Shown here piece by piece: positions 1 through 12,769 of a stretch of 64,000 bases of DNA. Both the position numbers and the translations under genes were made by a program. How positions within the stretch are numbered: the stretch's first letter is position 1; every line of letters starts with the position of its first letter. Source of the stretch: Octopus sinensis (taxonomy: Eukaryota). The stretch is from assembly GCF_006345805.1 (NCBI RefSeq), contig NC_043000.1, positions 9,734,001 to 9,798,000 on the forward strand, in the 5' to 3' direction. The notes under the pieces were generated by a model. It saw only the letters and a list, made by a program, of their open reading frames with translations, was not told where the DNA came from and did no database searches.

Positions 1-1188
1 ATTGAGATGCATAGTTAAATCGGCTGAAAATGCTAATTTCCAGAGCCATTCACTGTCTTTGAGCAACACCTGTGAATGGTTTTTCTCATTTAAAAATATT
101 TCAATTTCAGTTCGAAGCTCAAAAAATCTAGCCAGAATTTTTCCATAGCTAAGCCATCTTACTGAAGTATAGTAAGGTAGGTCTGGAAACTCAGCATTCA
201 TTTCCTCCAAGAAATCACGAAATTGGCGATGTTTGAGTCCATGAGATCTTATGTAGTTAACAGTGGAAATCACAGGATCTAATACAGATGATAAATCAAG
301 ATGCTTTCCACACAGTGCTTGCTGATGAAGAATACAATGCAATATCAAAGGTTTCAATCCACCGGAATTCTCAATTACTTTGTTAATTTGCCCAACTAAG
401 CCCTTTTTGGTTCCACACATATTTCTGCCACCATCTGTTGTTATGCATTTTAGTTTTTTCCATTCCAAATTATACTCAGCCACTGACTTTTCCACTTCTC
501 TAAAAATATCTATGCCTGTTGTTGTTCCATGCATGCTGTGCACAGATACAAGTTCCTCAGTAATCTCAAAATTGGCATTTATTCCTCTGATGAACAATAA
601 CAATTGGGATGTGTCTGATACATCAATTGACTCATCAAGTGCAACAGAAAAGCATACAAACTTGCTGGCTTTGTCTTTTAGCTGTGATTTAATATTTCTT
701 TCAATATGTTCAACCCTACGAGCAACAGTGTTCGCAGAAAGACTAATTGCGGAAAATAAATCTACGTTTTCTGGACACATTTCCTTAGCTACCTCATTCA
801 AGCACTTTTTAATAAGTTCACCATCTGTAAATGGCTTACCTTTCTTCGCCAAAAGGTTAGCAACATGGAAGCTTGCTCTTGTTGCTCTCTCTTTTTCTAC
901 AGCCTTCTTCTTGAAAACAAACTGTATTGATGATAAATTCTTCTTTAATTTGTCAAATTTCTCTTTACGTAGCTGTCCAATGAATTGGTAGTACTGTGAT
1001 GAATGCTTTTTTTCATAATGTCTCCGAATGTTGTACTCTTTAAGTACTGCAATTGTGTCGGTGCATATAACGCATAGTGCCTTGTTGTTTGACTCTATGA
1101 CAAAATAGTCTATGTTCCATTGTTCCTTAAAAACTCTACACTCAGAGTCGATTTTTCGTTTTCTTCCTTGAGCTAACATTTTTACCAT
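1..1188 (-). CDS. hAT-superfamily transposase (GTF2IRD2/EPM2AIP1/SPIN-like), N-terminal 396 codons; continues beyond the window start
   Basis: Manual translation from ATG at 1188 reads MVKMLAQGRKRKIDSECRVFKEQW...ALCVICTDTIAVLKEYNIRRHYEKKH (N-terminal zinc finger)...KGKPFTDGELIK...SLSANTVARR...FSVALDESIDVSDTSQL (first catalytic D)...CITTDGGRNMCG (second D)...HCILHQQALC (CxxH)...VRWLS...DLTMHLN. I saw no stop, and the frame is consistent to position 1. It is absent from the ORF track because its stop lies outside the window. Confidence 0.93.
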   Translation of the reverse strand, partial: MVKMLAQGRKRKIDSECRVFKEQWNIDYFVIESNNKALCVICTDTIAVLKEYNIRRHYEKKHSSQYYQFIGQLRKEKFDKLKKNLSSIQFVFKKKAVEKERATRASFHVANLLAKKGKPFTDGELIKKCLNEVAKEMCPENVDLFSAISLSANTVARRVEHIERNIKSQLKDKASKFVCFSVALDESIDVSDTSQLLLFIRGINANFEITEELVSVHSMHGTTTGIDIFREVEKSVAEYNLEWKKLKCITTDGGRNMCGTKKGLVGQINKVIENSGGLKPLILHCILHQQALCGKHLDLSSVLDPVISTVNYIRSHGLKHRQFRDFLEEMNAEFPDLPYYTSVRWLSYGKILARFFELRTEIEIFLNEKNHSQVLLKDSEWLWKLAFSADLTMHLN

Positions 1189-2023
1189 GGGTCGACAGAT
1201 TTTGCTCGACGATATATGTAAAAGGACGAAACAAGTAAAAACAATATTCACAGGTCACTCGATACGTGCATTCACTTCGGCAGCGACGACGACAAATGAC
1301 TCACACTTGTGCACAACGAAAACGCCAAGTCTGTGCTGACTGACGGAATGCGCATCGAACTTTACTCCACGCTGATTGGCGACTGCACCAGGATTAGAAA
1401 CCACCACACAACGTCAGGCTCAACCCTCTCTATTCATCGCTCGTGAGATGTAGGTAACATCGATAAATCGATATTTGTCTTCTTTTATTATACTAGGCAC
1501 GGGACTTTTATTAACGTCATACTTGTCGTATCTGCTCTCTCGACAGTTGACGGAATAGGTTGACTTTTCTGCGACATCAATAAAGCTAGAAATTGAATCT
1601 CTGCTTCATTGTAAGCAGCACCATCCATCTCACTGACAATCGCCTATTATCTAAGATGAATGATAGGTAGCTCCATAGCGAAGTTAATTCATTTTATGGT
1701 GGTTCTGATGGGTCAGTTAAAACGGGGGGAGTGGAAAAGAACCTATATTTACACTAAAGTTTAGTGTATAAATTTTTAATTCGCCGGCGCAATTTAAAGA
1801 CATTAATTGATGGCAAATCAATTAGCGTCGTCTTGCGTCTATTTGCTGTACTATATTTGTCAAACGTATTAAAAGGGGTGTAAAGTATATTTGTTATTGT
1901 ATGATTTCGGCAAGGCTTGCTTTTCGACATTTGTTTTATAATTTTGGAGGACAGCTCGGCGGGCCGGATTAAAAACCTTGGCGGGCCGAATCCGGCCCGC
2001 GGGCCGTACTTTGGAGACCCCTG
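1..2023 (-). mobile_element. hAT DNA transposon (Charlie/Buster/SPIN type), 5' end
   Basis: The minus strand starts CAGGGGTCTCCAAAGTACGGCCCGCGGGCCGGATTCGGCCCGCC, a typical hAT terminus with GGCCCGC subterminal repeats. It is flanked by the 8-bp CTCTAGAG (2024-2031), matching the NTCTAGAN target preference of this group. Confidence 0.9.
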
Positions 2024-2876
2024 CTCTAGAGTATCTAAGGCGCTAGTATTTCATTTATCATTGTGTATCATATTCACGTGTTTCGTAGCTCTTCCACTTA
2101 ATTTATTTCATCTTGTTTCCAACACTTGTTCTTACAATGTTTGATACTGAAAAACTTTTCGGTAATCCACGCCAGAGTTTAGTCACCTATGCTCTTTATT
2201 AATCAGGTACTTCATTTTGAGAAATTTTGTCTTTATATTATTTAAGCTTCAGTAGATTTGAACAATACGTCTAGAACTATTAGCTTTCCTTCTTTGAGCG
2301 TTTTCTTTTCCTCGTTGAGAGAGTAGCTAAATCTTAAACATTAGACCATCACAGAAACGGTTCAGATCAGCATAAAATATTTGGGATATTTAGTTACACA
2401 GTTTAACGTTATCATCTTGCTGTTTATCTTTCGTATAATATTTATCTTCCGTCTAATCGTGCCGTTCATCCTTTCAGGATTGATAGCTTGCCGAACAGGC
2501 GGTGAAGTGATTGAATCGTTAAAGCGACGGATTAATTATCTTGTGGTATTCGTTTCAACTTGTTGCGCTCTCAGCACAAATCTCACCGAGGTCAGCTTTC
2601 CCTGGAAACAGATGCGCTCTGCTTGGCTTAGACGTCCGAAACTCGCCCTATTCCACGAGAATCTATGGGCTCAAGGAAGAGTAGAAATGAAAGCAGTTAA
2701 AGAATATCTTTCCTCGTTTATCACGAGTGTTTAGTTCCAACGGAACACCGTGTTGAACGGATCAGTTATAAAATACATGGTAAAATAGGTTTCATTCCTA
2801 GATATCAAGTTGTCGTCCTAATTTATCCAAATAAGACCTCCGATCAGTTTTTAAGTACACATAATGATATTGTTTA

Positions 2877-3283
2877 AAGGCGGCGAGCTGGCAGAAACGT
2901 TAGCACGCTTGGCGAAATCCTTAGCAGTATTTCGTCTGCCGTTACCTTCTGAGTTCAAATTCCGCCGAGGTCGACTTTGCCTTTCATCCTTTCGGGATCG
3001 ATTAAATAAGTACCTGTTACGCACTGGAGTCGATATAATCGTCTTAATCCGTTTGTCTGTCCTTGTTTGTCTCCTCTGTGTTTATCCCCTTGTGGGTAAT
3101 AAAAAAATAGGCATTTCGTCTGCCACTACGTTCTGAGTTCAAGTTCCGGCGAAGTCGACTTTGTCTTTCATCCTTTCAGGGTCAATAAATTAAGTACCAG
3201 TTATGTACTGGGGTCGATGTAATCGACTTAATGTCCTTGTTTGTCCTCTCTATGTTTAGCCCCTTGTGGGCAATAAAAAAATA
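2877..3283 (+). mobile_element. SINE family N (tRNA-like head, Nin/Deu-like core, LINE-like tail), dimer
   Basis: Head GGCGGCGAGCTGGCAGAAACG with B box GAGTTCAAATTC, core GCCTTTCATCCTTTCGGGGTCGATAAATTAAGTACC, tail TTTAGCCCCTTGTGGG..ATAAA. The second unit restarts at GGCATTTCGTC. Probable 15-bp TSD ATAATGATA(T/G)TGTTT at 2861-2875 and 3284-3298. Confidence 0.85.
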
Positions 3284-3329
3284 ATAATGATAGTGTTTCA
3301 TGGCTAGAATAATATTTAGAGTAACATCT

Positions 3330-3520
3330 TAAATCAGTTTCAAATTTTGTTACAAGACCAGAAATTACATCGACCCCAAACCTCAATTGGTTCTTATTTT
3401 ATCGCTCTCGAAAGGATGAAAGGCAAAGATCAACTTCAACAGTATTTGAAATCAGAACGTAAAGACGGACGAAATGTTGCTAAGCATTTTGCTCGGCGTG
3501 CCACAATTCCGCCAGTTTAC
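3330..3520 (-). mobile_element. SINE family N, degenerate copy
   Basis: Reverse complement of the core (GAAAGGATGAAAGGCAAAG) and the head. Confidence 0.7.
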
Positions 3521-4627
3521 CATCTTCGGAGTAAAATTTAATATTAAAAAAAAAGACATTCTTCTATTCACTGGTGGTATGTTGAAGAGTATATGCAGCT
3601 AAATTCGTATAAAATACACACAGACTCGCTGCACAGGATATAAACACGAGCGATAGTCACTATATTTCGGGCAAATGAGTATTGTGAATGGTTACTGAGA
3701 CATGCTTTCGTTATCCAATCAAAATCCTTGACTGATTACCGACCCGTGTTATCATAGATCAATTCGTGATAAGCGTAACATGGTTTACAAGTGAGTGTGC
3801 CATGATTCCCTTGTGCCTTGGTACTCTGTATCAGTGTTGAATGAATCAGTGATAAACGGGAATAGATCTTCTGAGAGTGATAAAGTTGACAATATTCCTT
3901 GCTCCAAAACCGTGTCTTTTACCAATGATTAGACACGTTTATTCCAAAGCTAGAACTGATTCATTCTGTCTATTTTCCTCAACATCAAATCCCCAACTCA
4001 TCTTCAGTTCAGAATATTACATTTTCCACTTCAATTCAAATTGATTCCCAGAACTATGATAAGATGTCTTAACAAAACCAAACAAATAAAAACAGAAAAT
4101 TCGAAGCTATACGATCAAGGCAGAAACTAAAACATCAAACTAATATTTGAAGGGTTTTTTTCTGGCTGCTCTCTTCCTTATATTCTTCATTATTTTTAAT
4201 TACTGTATAATATGTCAATCTAAACATTTTTTTTTATATATATTTTTATTAAATTCTTTACATCACTCTCTTCGTTTTCCCTAGTCATAAAAAAAAGCAA
4301 AAATACCTTTCATCACTTCTATATTGACAGAGTCTCTCTGGGGATTCACTTAATGATTCCTCTCAACAGATTGTTGATCAACCTTACTGAACTAAACTAC
4401 TATTATTCAAGCTACAGGAATCATCAGTCAAAGAGAGAGCGTTTACGTAGTCACTTGGCCTGCTAGAAGTAGCAGTCAAATATCTCTCAAATCACACCTT
4501 ACTCTATTCAAAAGAAAGGGAATATTGGACAATGTATCCGTAGATGAATTATGCCTGTAAAAACGCGGAATAGTTGCAGTGGGAAAGCATAGACCATTAG
4601 TATTTGCTTCTTATCGCAAAAACCCTG

Positions 4628-4787
4628 GCATGGCTGTGTGGTAAGAGGTTTCTTTCCCAACCACATGGTTCCGGGTTCAATTCCACTGCGTGGCATCTTG
4701 GGCGAGTATGTCCTCTACAATAGCCTCGGGTCAAACAAAGCCTTGTGAGTAGATTTGATAGACCGAAACTGAAAGAAGACTGTCGAA
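4628..4787 (+). mobile_element. SINE family B, 5' part
   Basis: GGCTGTGTGGTAAG...GGTTCCGGGTTCAATTCCACTGCGTGGCATCTTGGGCGAG matches the full copies at 18224, 51895 and 53530. Confidence 0.75.
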
Positions 4788-4893
4788 TGACAATTGATGA
4801 AGGATCCTTTATCTGTGTTTACCTGTCCTGTTTTCCATTTTCTCGTTGTTTACGTACTTCATGTTATTTGTGACGTTCTGTACCTACATATAC

Positions 4894-4932
<39 letters not shown>

Positions 4933-4981
4933 TATATACATATATATATACATACATATATATATACATATATATATATAC

Positions 4982-5059
<78 letters not shown>

Positions 5060-5700
5060 GTACACACACACACACACACACACATACATATATTATATAT
5101 TATTTATTATCCAATTGAACGCGACGCATCCATTTCCAAGCTTAACTTCACCGTTTTGATGCGACTCTCCATTCTATACTGTTTTCTTCCTCCATCTTTC
5201 TCTAATTCCGTTTTTCTCTCCCTTCCTCTTTCACCGTTTTCTATCTGTCCATCTCTCCCTCCTCTCTCTTTCTCTTTCTCTCTCTCGTTGCTCACATGTG
5301 ACCATCGTCCATCTTTCTTCTCCCTACGTGACCTTCTAACTTTTCTCTTTTCAAAAAAAAAAAAAAAAAGTTTCTCCCAGCGTTCACTGTTTTCTCTCGT
5401 TCTGGTCTAAAGATCCTCCATGTTTGTTTTCGTTCGGTTTCCTTGTATGTCTCCATTGTCATGTTTTTATTCCCGACTTTGACTCTCCATAAATCCTAAA
5501 TTTTATTTTAGAATTTATGGGACCGACTGTCTTTGAAGATGCATATTGTCATTGAATACTCGAAATGAGAAGTAGATAGACAGCCGACAACTGATGAAGG
5601 GTCCTTTCTCTGTGTTTACTTGTCCTTTTCCCCATTTTTTCTCGTTGTTTACGTATTTCATGTTATTTGCACCGTTGGTGACGTCACGTTCAGTACCCAT
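4788..5700 (+). mobile_element. Probable Penelope-like pseudo-LTR remnant (about 100-bp direct repeat) bounded by (TA)n
   Basis: GACAA(T/C)TGATGAAGG.TCCTTT..CTGTGTTTAC.TGTCC occurs at about 4788 and 5586, each followed by (TA)n. There is a degenerate hammerhead-like TTGAAGA...CGAAA near 5533-5566. The family assignment is an inference. Confidence 0.45.
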
Positions 5701-5707
5701 ATATGCA

Positions 5708-5753
<46 letters not shown>

Positions 5754-5757
5754 TATA

Positions 5758-5819
<62 letters not shown>

Positions 5820-5919
5820 TTGTATATATTATATATATATAATATATATATATAACATATATATATATGTATTATATATATAACACACGCGCGCGCACAC
5901 ACAAACACACACACACACC

Positions 5920-5954
<35 letters not shown>

Positions 5955-6070
5955 CATATATATTATATATATATATATACATATATATTATACATATACA
6001 TATATATATATATTCACACATATATATGTATATGTTTGTGTCGTGTGTGTACATGTTAGGAGAGAGCGAG

Positions 6071-6129
<59 letters not shown>

Positions 6130-6130
6130 A
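5700..6130. repeat. (TA)n, (CA)n and (GA)n microsatellite cluster
   Basis: Directly visible. Confidence 0.95.
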
Positions 6131-7473
6131 AGGGGAAGAGAGAAAAAAAAGAAAGTTTAGAAGATAATAAACATGGCTAAGATTTGTTTGGAAGAAGACG
6201 GATAAAGGTTAAAGGAAGAATGAAATATGGTCAGGATATTTTATCAGAGATTGTAGAGAGATATAAGAGGGGGAGTGTAAAGTGGTGGGAGAATAAAAGA
6301 ACGGATTGGGAGATTCCGAACGAAGCAAATGTCAGGAAGCTAAGGCGTGGTTGATAGGAATAGTCGTATTCGAGTTGCATGCGGAGGTTATCAATGTGAG
6401 TATCGGCAAAGTTTATAAATATCTGGAGTGAACATAAAATGACTGACCATCAGTATTTGAAAGAATGAAGTAGTATAATTTTTAGAAGAATATTTCTCTG
6501 AACATTTATTAAAATGTGGAATCCAGTTTTAGGGACTATATTCGTTCTTTGGTGCTGGTCTTAATACAGTGGTCGGTTTAACACCGCGGGCTAGTTCTTG
6601 GGTGATTTTAACGCAGTTCACTCTAACAAGTATTCGGGCTATTTCTCAATCCAAGGACAACTTCTTTCCTTCCTTTCAGAGATCCTGAAAAGAGACTGGA
6701 TCTGTTCTTTCTTTCTGACGCCTATCCTTCAATTTCCCTGAAAGTGATCTCCACTATCTTAGAAACGGAAAGATATTGGATATTTCACTGTTAAAACAAT
6801 ACACTACTAAATGGATTGGATTGCTTGTCAAACCGGGATTGTCGCCCCCGTTTCTATTTTATTTCACTGCTTTCTTACATCAACTGAAAAAAGGCACACT
6901 CAAAGTTATAATTAATTTATGATTAAGGAATCTATAATTTTATGATTATATGTATTACTGAGTAAGTCTATCATGTAGCAACATTTAAAATTTATCTAGC
7001 AACATGGCCCTTTTGCCTATTTTATCAACCCACCAAACCACCTTTGTTCTCTGTCCTCCTTCGTTTCGGGATGACCAAGTTTTCAGGGTTTAGTTGGATT
7101 AAGTAATTTTGTGTAAGTTATGCAGAGATTGCATAGGAATATTTGATTTTAGCACCTAAGTGATCACCTAATTTGTCTAGGGCTTAGCGCCGCGTCTGGT
7201 TCAACCAGCAATCCAACTTTGACTATACCCTCGCTTTAGTGGTTTATTGATTTACATTGGAAATCCAATGTCTTTTCGCGGTGCACATTTCTATTTTCAA
7301 GATTTCTGAAAGGAAGGAACTTGCCCTCAGGTAGAGACCAAATACTAATCACAGAGGGAACTCTGTGTACGGCATCTAAGGGCCATTTAAACTAAGCAAA
7401 GTATTAAGGCTGCTACCCGAGAACAGAAGCAATCCCTCAAGCGAGATCCGTACATTTTATATATCAACCAGAT

Positions 7474-7707
7474 AAGGGCAGCGATCTGGCAGAAACGTTA
7501 GCACGCCGGGCAAAATGCGTAGCCGTATTTCGTCTGCCGTTACGTTCTGAGATCAAATTCCGCCGAGGTCGACTTTGCCTTTCGTCCTTTCGTGGTCGAT
7601 AAATTAAATACCAGTTACGCACTGGGGTCGATATAATCGACTTAATCCGTTTGTCTGTCCTTGTTTGTCCTCTCTGTGTTTAGCCCCTTGTGGGTAGTAA
7701 AGAAATA
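7474..7707 (+). mobile_element. SINE family N monomer flanked by an about 100-bp direct duplication
   Basis: Full head, core and tail. The flanks 7371-7473 and 7708-7819 share AGCAAAGTATTAAGGCT.CTACCCGAGA.CAGAAGCAATCCCTCAA.CGAGATCCGTACATTTTATA.ATCAACCAGAT. Confidence 0.85.
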
Positions 7708-9017
7708 GGTATCTAATGGCCTGTTAGCGGTATTAAACCGAGCAAAGTATTAAGGCTACTACCCGAGAGCAGAAGCAATCCCTCAAACGAGATCCGTACA
7801 TTTTATACATCAACCAGATTTCACTCACAAGGCTTTGATCGACCCGTGGCTGTAACAGAAGTCATATTCTTGGGGTGTCGCGTATAATGACACCTGCTCG
7901 GTGTACACAAGGGGTCGCACGGGAAATGAAATTGCACCAAAAGAAGTTAACAGTAAGAATTAGTATCTACTTTATTTAATGACAATATTAAGAGACAATT
8001 TTTTCCAAAAAACCTGAAAAAGATTATCCCAGGTTTCATGTGCAAAGTTGAACTTATGATCCACTAAAAAAGAAAATAAAAATCCTGAATTTGCGCTGTT
8101 GAAATTGGGCTGCTACTAATATGTCAATACAACTATTGTGTCATGAAATACGATACTTTCCACTAGATCAATGCTATAAAAATAAATGAATTTCATTCAT
8201 GTGCTAATTAATTCGTATGAGTTGTCTCCCATGCTCTACACACACTAAAACTATTAGCACGGTCGAGAAATGTCTCGCTAACTCCAAAATTAACATTATT
8301 TATTTACATATTCATGAGTATTTAATTGATATTAATTACATTGAAGTAAAAAGAAAAAAATTCCTTCACTTTAATGGGACAAATAATAAACATTGACCAG
8401 AATATTTACCCTCACGATTCCGATATTTTATTTAAAATAGATTTTGCGATCTGCTTTCTTTTATAGCATCACATTGCTTTATCGTCAATACAACAAAAAG
8501 ATTTTGCATCTTGTCAATATATAACTAAGTTTATAAATATTTGATCTTCCCACGTAAGCATTTTAATGTAAATTTATCACTCTTTCTTAGCTTACAGATG
8601 TCTATAACGAAATGTCTTATTTACACAGGACAGCGGAACTAGTATCAAGGCTAAAGAAAATACACGTAACTTGTGTCTTTAGTTTACAAGTTAATATTTC
8701 AGTTGATTTGTCATCGATGTCAGTTTTCCAAGTAAAGACACATAGAAACACACGTGCACACACACACAAGAATTTGGACCTAGAGATCTCCATTTCCAGC
8801 GACTTCGAGGGTCACCTCCGAGTGGTGTCAGGCGTCAACGAAGGGCCCTCGACTACAACAAGACAACCAAAGTTTTTTTTTTCCCAAGGTCTGGGGGTCT
8901 CCCGCCCCTAAGCCCTAGACCATCACCTAATCACCCTTACCCATCTTGTTGCTTAACAACATCAACAACGTACACACGAACACACAAACATACATGCACA
9001 CGTTTATACACGCACAT

Positions 9018-10165
9018 GGAGGCGCAATGGCCCAGTGGTTAGGGCAGCGGACTCGCGGTCGTAGGATCGCGGTTTCGATTCCCAGACCGGGCGTTGTGAG
9101 TGTTTATTGAGCGAAAACACCTAAAGCTCCACGAGGCTCCGGCAGGGGATGGTGGTGATCCCTGCTGTACTCTTTCACCACAACTTTCTCTCACTCTTAC
9201 TTTCTGTTTCTGTTGTACCTGTATTTCAAAGGGCCGGCCTTGTCACTCTCTGTGTCACGCTGAATATCCCCGAGAACTACGTTAAGGGTACACGTGTCTG
9301 TGGAGTGCTCAGCCACTTACACGTTAATTTCACGAGCAGGCTGTTCCGTTGATTCGGATCAACCGGAACCCTCATCGTCGTAACCGACGGAGTGCTTCCC
9401 CCCCAAAAGACTTTAAATATTCCCACAGGGAGTTTTTTGTCTTAGCAAATTACTTAGATAATCTTAGTTGATAGAAGTTTTTCAGCTCACTATATAACAT
9501 ATGTGGAGGCACATGGCCTAGTGGTTAGAGCAGCGGACTCGCGGTTGAGGAATAGCGTGTTCGAATTTCAGACCGGGCGATGTGTGTATTTATGAGCGAA
9601 ACACCTAAGCTCCACGCGGCTCCGGCAGACGGTAATGGCGAACTTCTGCTGACTCTTTCGCCACAACTTTCTCTCATTCTTTCCTCCTGCATCTTGCAGC
9701 TCACTTGCGACGGACCGGCGTCCCGTCCAGGTGGGGAACCTATGCGCCAAGGAAACCGGGAAACCGGCCCTTATGAGCCTGACATGGCTCGAGAAGGAAC
9801 ATTTGTGGAGGTACATGGTTTAGTGGTTAGAGCAGCGGACTCGCGGTCGAGGGATCGCAGGTTCGAATCTCGGACCGGGCGATGTCTGTATTTATGAGCG
9901 AAACACATAAGCTCCACGCGGCTCCGGCAGAAGGTAATGGTGAACCTCTGCTGACTCTTTCGCCACCGGAAACCGGGAAACCGGGCCTTATGAGCCAGGC
10001 ATTGCTTGAGAGGGAACAAACAATATAACATATGGTGGAGGTGCGTAACTTAGTGTTTAGGGTGTTGGAATCATGATCGTACGATTATGGTCTCGATTCC
10101 TGGACGGAGCGACGCATTGTGTTCTTGAGCAAAACTCTTTATTTCGCGTTGCACCAGTCCACCAG
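9018..10165 (+). mobile_element. Cluster of four tRNA(Arg)-like SINEs (family A, resembling octopus OR-type SINEs): about 9018-9400, 9505-9800, 9806-10020, 10036-10165
   Basis: Each starts GGAGGCGC..TGGCC.AGTGGTTAG.GCAGCGGACTCGCGGTCG (A box, TCG anticodon-like loop) with a B box GGTTTCGATTCC/GTTCGAATC, then continues into a non-tRNA body. Confidence 0.85.
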
Positions 10166-10309
10166 TGAGGGAATGAGGCTACATACTATCTTATGACAAG
10201 TCTTAGTACTTAGCTTTCTTCAGTTGTTGCTGTCTCCGATCTCTGAAGCAATTATGATTATGTTAATTTATAATGAATAATGGAATAAATATATTTTATC
10301 TTTTGTTCT

Positions 10310-10700
10310 TTATCTTTTACAGGCTTCAGTCATTAGACTGTAGCCGTGCTGGGACACCGCCCAGAAAGTTTATGTCGAACATATCAACCCTCGTACATAC
10401 GTTTCAAGTTGGATATTTATTCTATCGGTCCCTGTTACCGAACTGCTACGTTATGAGGAATGCAAACAAGCTAACACCAGTAGTCAAGTGGCAGAGGAAA
10501 CAAGCACAAACACAAAACAGCCTCCCCACACATATACGAAGAGCTTCTGCACAGTTTCCGTATACAAAATTCAATCACAAGGCATTAGTCAACCCAGGTA
10601 TTTTATAGAAGATACTTACCCAAAGTATTATGCAGTGGGATTGAACACGAAACCACGTGGCTAAGAAGCTCGCTTTGCAACCACACAGGCATGCCTTCAC
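10310..10700 (-). mobile_element. SINE family B, diverged full-length copy
   Basis: Reverse-complement match to the 18224-18655 copy at head, body and tail. Confidence 0.7.
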
Positions 10701-11039
10701 CTAAATAAATAACAAAATCTTCTCAATTCGCCCCGGGTTGTTCTAGTTTTTCTTTCCTCTTCATAATGTTTTGCTGTCATTGATTCATATTATATTTGAC
10801 ATTTGTATAGAAAACTTCCACGTAGTTTGTTTTCATTTGTTCCGCTTTTGATTCTGACTCTGATGCGATGATTTCTGCTTCACCTCACCTAATACTGAAC
10901 CGGAGGCAAATCTACATTTTCAATAACATAATTCACTTTCGCGTCTTATTTGTTCCTAGCTTATTATCAAAGTGATCGGATAATATATTCCTTTGCTGTG
11001 AGTCTCTCACTATCCTCCCCCATTCTCTCTCGATATTCA

Positions 11040-11040
<1 letters not shown>

Positions 11041-11119
<79 letters not shown>

Positions 11120-11192
11120 CATCCATCCATCCACACACCCACCCATCCATCCATCCATCCATCCATCCATCCATCCATCAATCCATCCATCC

Positions 11193-11228
<36 letters not shown>
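11041..11228. repeat. (ATCT)n/(ATCC)n microsatellite
   Basis: Directly visible. Confidence 0.95.
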
Positions 11229-11229
<1 letters not shown>

Positions 11230-11233
11230 GTCT

Positions 11234-11538
11234 AGTTTTGTCTAGCGAATGTTTTAAAAAAAGATGGGTGAATGTAGCAAGAATGGCACGTATGAATGAC
11301 GAAGCCACCTTGAGCATAGTCCTATGAACCCAGAAATCGAAAACAGAGAGTTGCTTATTTGCAAAAAAAAAAAAAAAAAAAAAGAAATATAAAATGTGAC
11401 TTCATTGACCGAGGTTACCGTGGTCTTTTCCGTAGGCTTTTCTTTCCACGGGTAAACCTCACCTGTCCTCCCCTTTACACTTCATATTGACATTTCTGTG
11501 ATAACGATCCCTATTGATCAATTTTTTTTTCCTCTCCC

Positions 11539-11571
<33 letters not shown>

Positions 11572-11630
11572 CCCCTTTTTTTGTCCTCTTTCTCTCCTTT
11601 TACGATCCCTTTTGATCGAAACCCCCCTTT

Positions 11631-11670
<40 letters not shown>

Positions 11671-11740
11671 CTTCAAAAGAAAAGCTCTACCTTGTAATTT
11701 GTTCTATCTGTGTGCAGCCCTGTGTGGCTAATAAAGAAAC
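11234..11740 (+). mobile_element. 5'-truncated Tx1/L1-like LINE 3' end inserted in (ATCT)n
   Basis: Encodes [30 protein letters not shown], then a 3' UTR ending CAGCCCTGTGTGGCTAATAAAGAAAC. Near-identical to 20424-21052 but with a different 5' truncation point. The clade call rests on resemblance of the ORF2 C-terminus. Confidence 0.7.
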
Positions 11741-11965
<225 letters not shown>

Positions 11966-12769
11966 TTTCTGAATTAGGCTCAATGAAAGCAATTCCAATT
12001 ACGTGTTCTGTGCATGATCCAGAACACGTGATGTATAGAAGAATAGATGAATAGATGAATGTGTAACGCATTTGCTGACGGCTTTTCAACAGTCAATTCA
12101 AGTTGATGACTGATCACTTTTCAGGAGATTTGTGAATATTTCTGTTGATATATTGTCACGCTGCTACCGTACTACAGTTGTTTGAAAAATAAGCAACATG
12201 AAACTCAGCGTGCTAATTCAAAGATTTTTTATACTTTTAATACGGTACACACATTCTTCTTTATCTTTCGAATACCTTTTCCTTATTTGCAAAAATAAAT
12301 TTTCAACTATCCATATATTGCTCGTCAGTTTATAGAGAATTTTCCACGTGGGAATTACAAAAGCCGAAAGTGGAACAGCAACCCATGAGATTTTCTGCAA
12401 AGACTGCCTTCACGTCATACAATTAAAAAGGTGTAAATTAAGTGACGAATTAAAATGATCAAGAAAATGAAGTAAAAGACATTTGCTCAATAAGAGGAAT
12501 ACAGATATTACCAAGAAAAAGGTAAGTTCGGCTCCTGATGTCGTAAAGAAAAAGCGCTGCAATTCTTGGAGTCTGGCTATCACAATATGATAAAAAGGAT
12601 AAGTTTAAAAAATAGTCATCTAATACTTAAAACAACTTTCATGATGCACAAGAAAACGATGAAAAAATATCAAAAGCTTCAAATGTTTTCATGTTTCCGA
12701 GACAAAACCCCAAAATGTGTACGATACCAAGAGATATTGAGAAATCTTCAAACAATATTAGCAAAAACG

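Noticed and set aside
380-991. 203-aa plus-strand ORF
   Set aside because: It is the antisense shadow of the hAT transposase on the minus strand and has no recognisable motifs.
6150-7100. Possible Penelope ORF remnant and degenerate hammerhead near 6737-6770
   Set aside because: Too degraded to support by eye, and the core boxes are incomplete.
9018-9092. tRNA-Arg-like sequences here and at other family A heads
   Set aside because: The acceptor stems are imperfect, there is no terminator, and each continues into a SINE body, so they are SINE heads rather than tRNA genes.
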